Shown here: positions 35,949 to 36,635 of the stretch, in pieces
Position numbering within the stretch: position 1 is the first letter of the stretch
How the letters are laid out: each line of letters starts with the position of its first letter
From: a virus
Lineage: Duplodnaviria > Caudoviricetes
Strand: one strand, 5' to 3'
IMG/VR virus record: IMGVR_UViG_3300032257_000565
Coordinates: 1 to 36,635 of that record
DNA: 36,635 bases
Translations under genes and position numbers: made by a program
The notes under the pieces: generated by a model
The model's input: the letters and a program-made list of their open reading frames with translations, nothing else
What the model was told of the DNA's origin: nothing
Database searches by the model: none

Positions 35949-36635
35949 ATGCCTGAAATAGATATAGGCTCGGTACCCTTCCAGGAGGCCATTGATTTTC
36001 TCAAGTCCAAGCTGAGTTTAACGACAAAATACTGGGATGAAATCAGTGGCCAGGTACATGCAAAAGCATTCACCGTGGCCGGGGCCACAAAAGATGACTT
36101 ATTGTCTGATTTACGTGAATCAGTAGACCAGGCAATAAGTGAAGGCCAGAGCATTGGCCAGTTCCGAAAGAATTTTGATAAAAATGTGTCCCAGCATGGC
36201 TGGGACTACAAAGGAAAAAGAGGCTGGCGAACACGAGTAATTTACGATACCAATATGCGATCATCACACATGGCTGGCCGCTGGCAACAAATTCAAAGAG
36301 TGAAAAACCGCCGACCATTCATACAGTACCAAACAGTAGGCGACCAAAGAGTAAGACCGCTGCACCAAACATGGGATAACTTAGTTTTATCTATTGATGA
36401 TGACTTCTGGAATACTCACTTCCCTCCAAATGGCTGGGGGTGTCGTTGCACTATCCGGTCATTATCACCACGCCAAATGACAAAAAGCAAACTTGACCTC
36501 GATCAGGCACCCGCAATCAAAACAACAGAAAGAGTAAATAGAAAATCAGGTGAGGTATATGGGCAAGTGCCAGAAGGGATAGACGTTGGCTGGGATTACA
36601 ACGTAGGCAAAGAATGGCTTAAAAAAGACGCTTAA
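35949..36635 (+). CDS. Head morphogenesis protein, Mu gpF/SPP1 gp7 family (short form)
   Basis: AFTVAG, IYDTN, AGRW, Y..VGD.RVRP.H, DD.FW..HFPPNGWGCRC. Confidence 0.94.
   Translation: MPEIDIGSVPFQEAIDFLKSKLSLTTKYWDEISGQVHAKAFTVAGATKDDLLSDLRESVDQAISEGQSIGQFRKNFDKNVSQHGWDYKGKRGWRTRVIYDTNMRSSHMAGRWQQIQRVKNRRPFIQYQTVGDQRVRPLHQTWDNLVLSIDDDFWNTHFPPNGWGCRCTIRSLSPRQMTKSKLDLDQAPAIKTTERVNRKSGEVYGQVPEGIDVGWDYNVGKEWLKKDA

Larger units (their letters stand above)
1..36635. mobile_element. Mu-like transposable (pro)phage, myovirus-type tail, ends outside the window
   Basis: DDE transposase plus AAA B protein, ner, gemA, mor, Mu gp27/28/29/F, gpI, gp36-38, sheath/tube, gpN, gpP and gp45-48 recognised by motif and synteny. 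Confidence 0.95.

Noticed and set aside
20900-36318. Minus-strand and alternate-frame ORFs over the early, lysis and packaging genes (e.g. 22485-22904, 29014-29373, 32103-32417, 35211-35528)
   Set aside because: Overlap recognisable genes, no motifs or convincing RBS
1-36635. CRISPR array, tRNA, diversity-generating retroelement, invertible G segment
   Set aside because: No repeat-spacer array, canonical tRNA, reverse transcriptase, template/variable repeat pair or recombinase seen by eye
35949-36635. MuF polymorphic toxin
   Set aside because: gpF stops at 228 aa with no C-terminal toxin extension
1-36635. GATC avoidance linked to the methyltransferase
   Set aside because: GATC occurs repeatedly (e.g. 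near 261, 3298, 3840, 7712); target specificity cannot be inferred by eye

Overview
The window is an essentially complete Mu-like (transposable, contractile-tailed) phage or prophage gene set. It is trimmed at the stop codon of a Dam-like methyltransferase (left) and of gpF (right), so the transposon ends are not visible. The layout is unusual. The immunity region (repressor/ner, about 19.5-20.3 kb) sits in the middle and the late genes are split into two divergent arms. The left arm (minus strand) runs protease, capsid, neck, tail, baseplate, fibre, methyltransferase. The right arm (plus strand) runs early genes, transposase A/B, gemA, mor, lysis, terminase, portal, gpF. Each late block starts with a matching 22-bp box placed exactly 35 nt before an apparently leaderless ATG. 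Most notable accessory content: (1) a three-gene insert in the head operon ending in a signal-less PhoD-like phosphoesterase; (2) an Acb2-type anti-CBASS sponge with a Cys-rich neighbour between portal and gpF; (3) a probable structured antisense sRNA in the methyltransferase leader; (4) a fully overlapping sense/antisense ORF pair after ner; (5) helically phased T-tracts at the centre, a candidate strong gyrase site. All protein calls come from motif recognition and synteny; no database searches were run.
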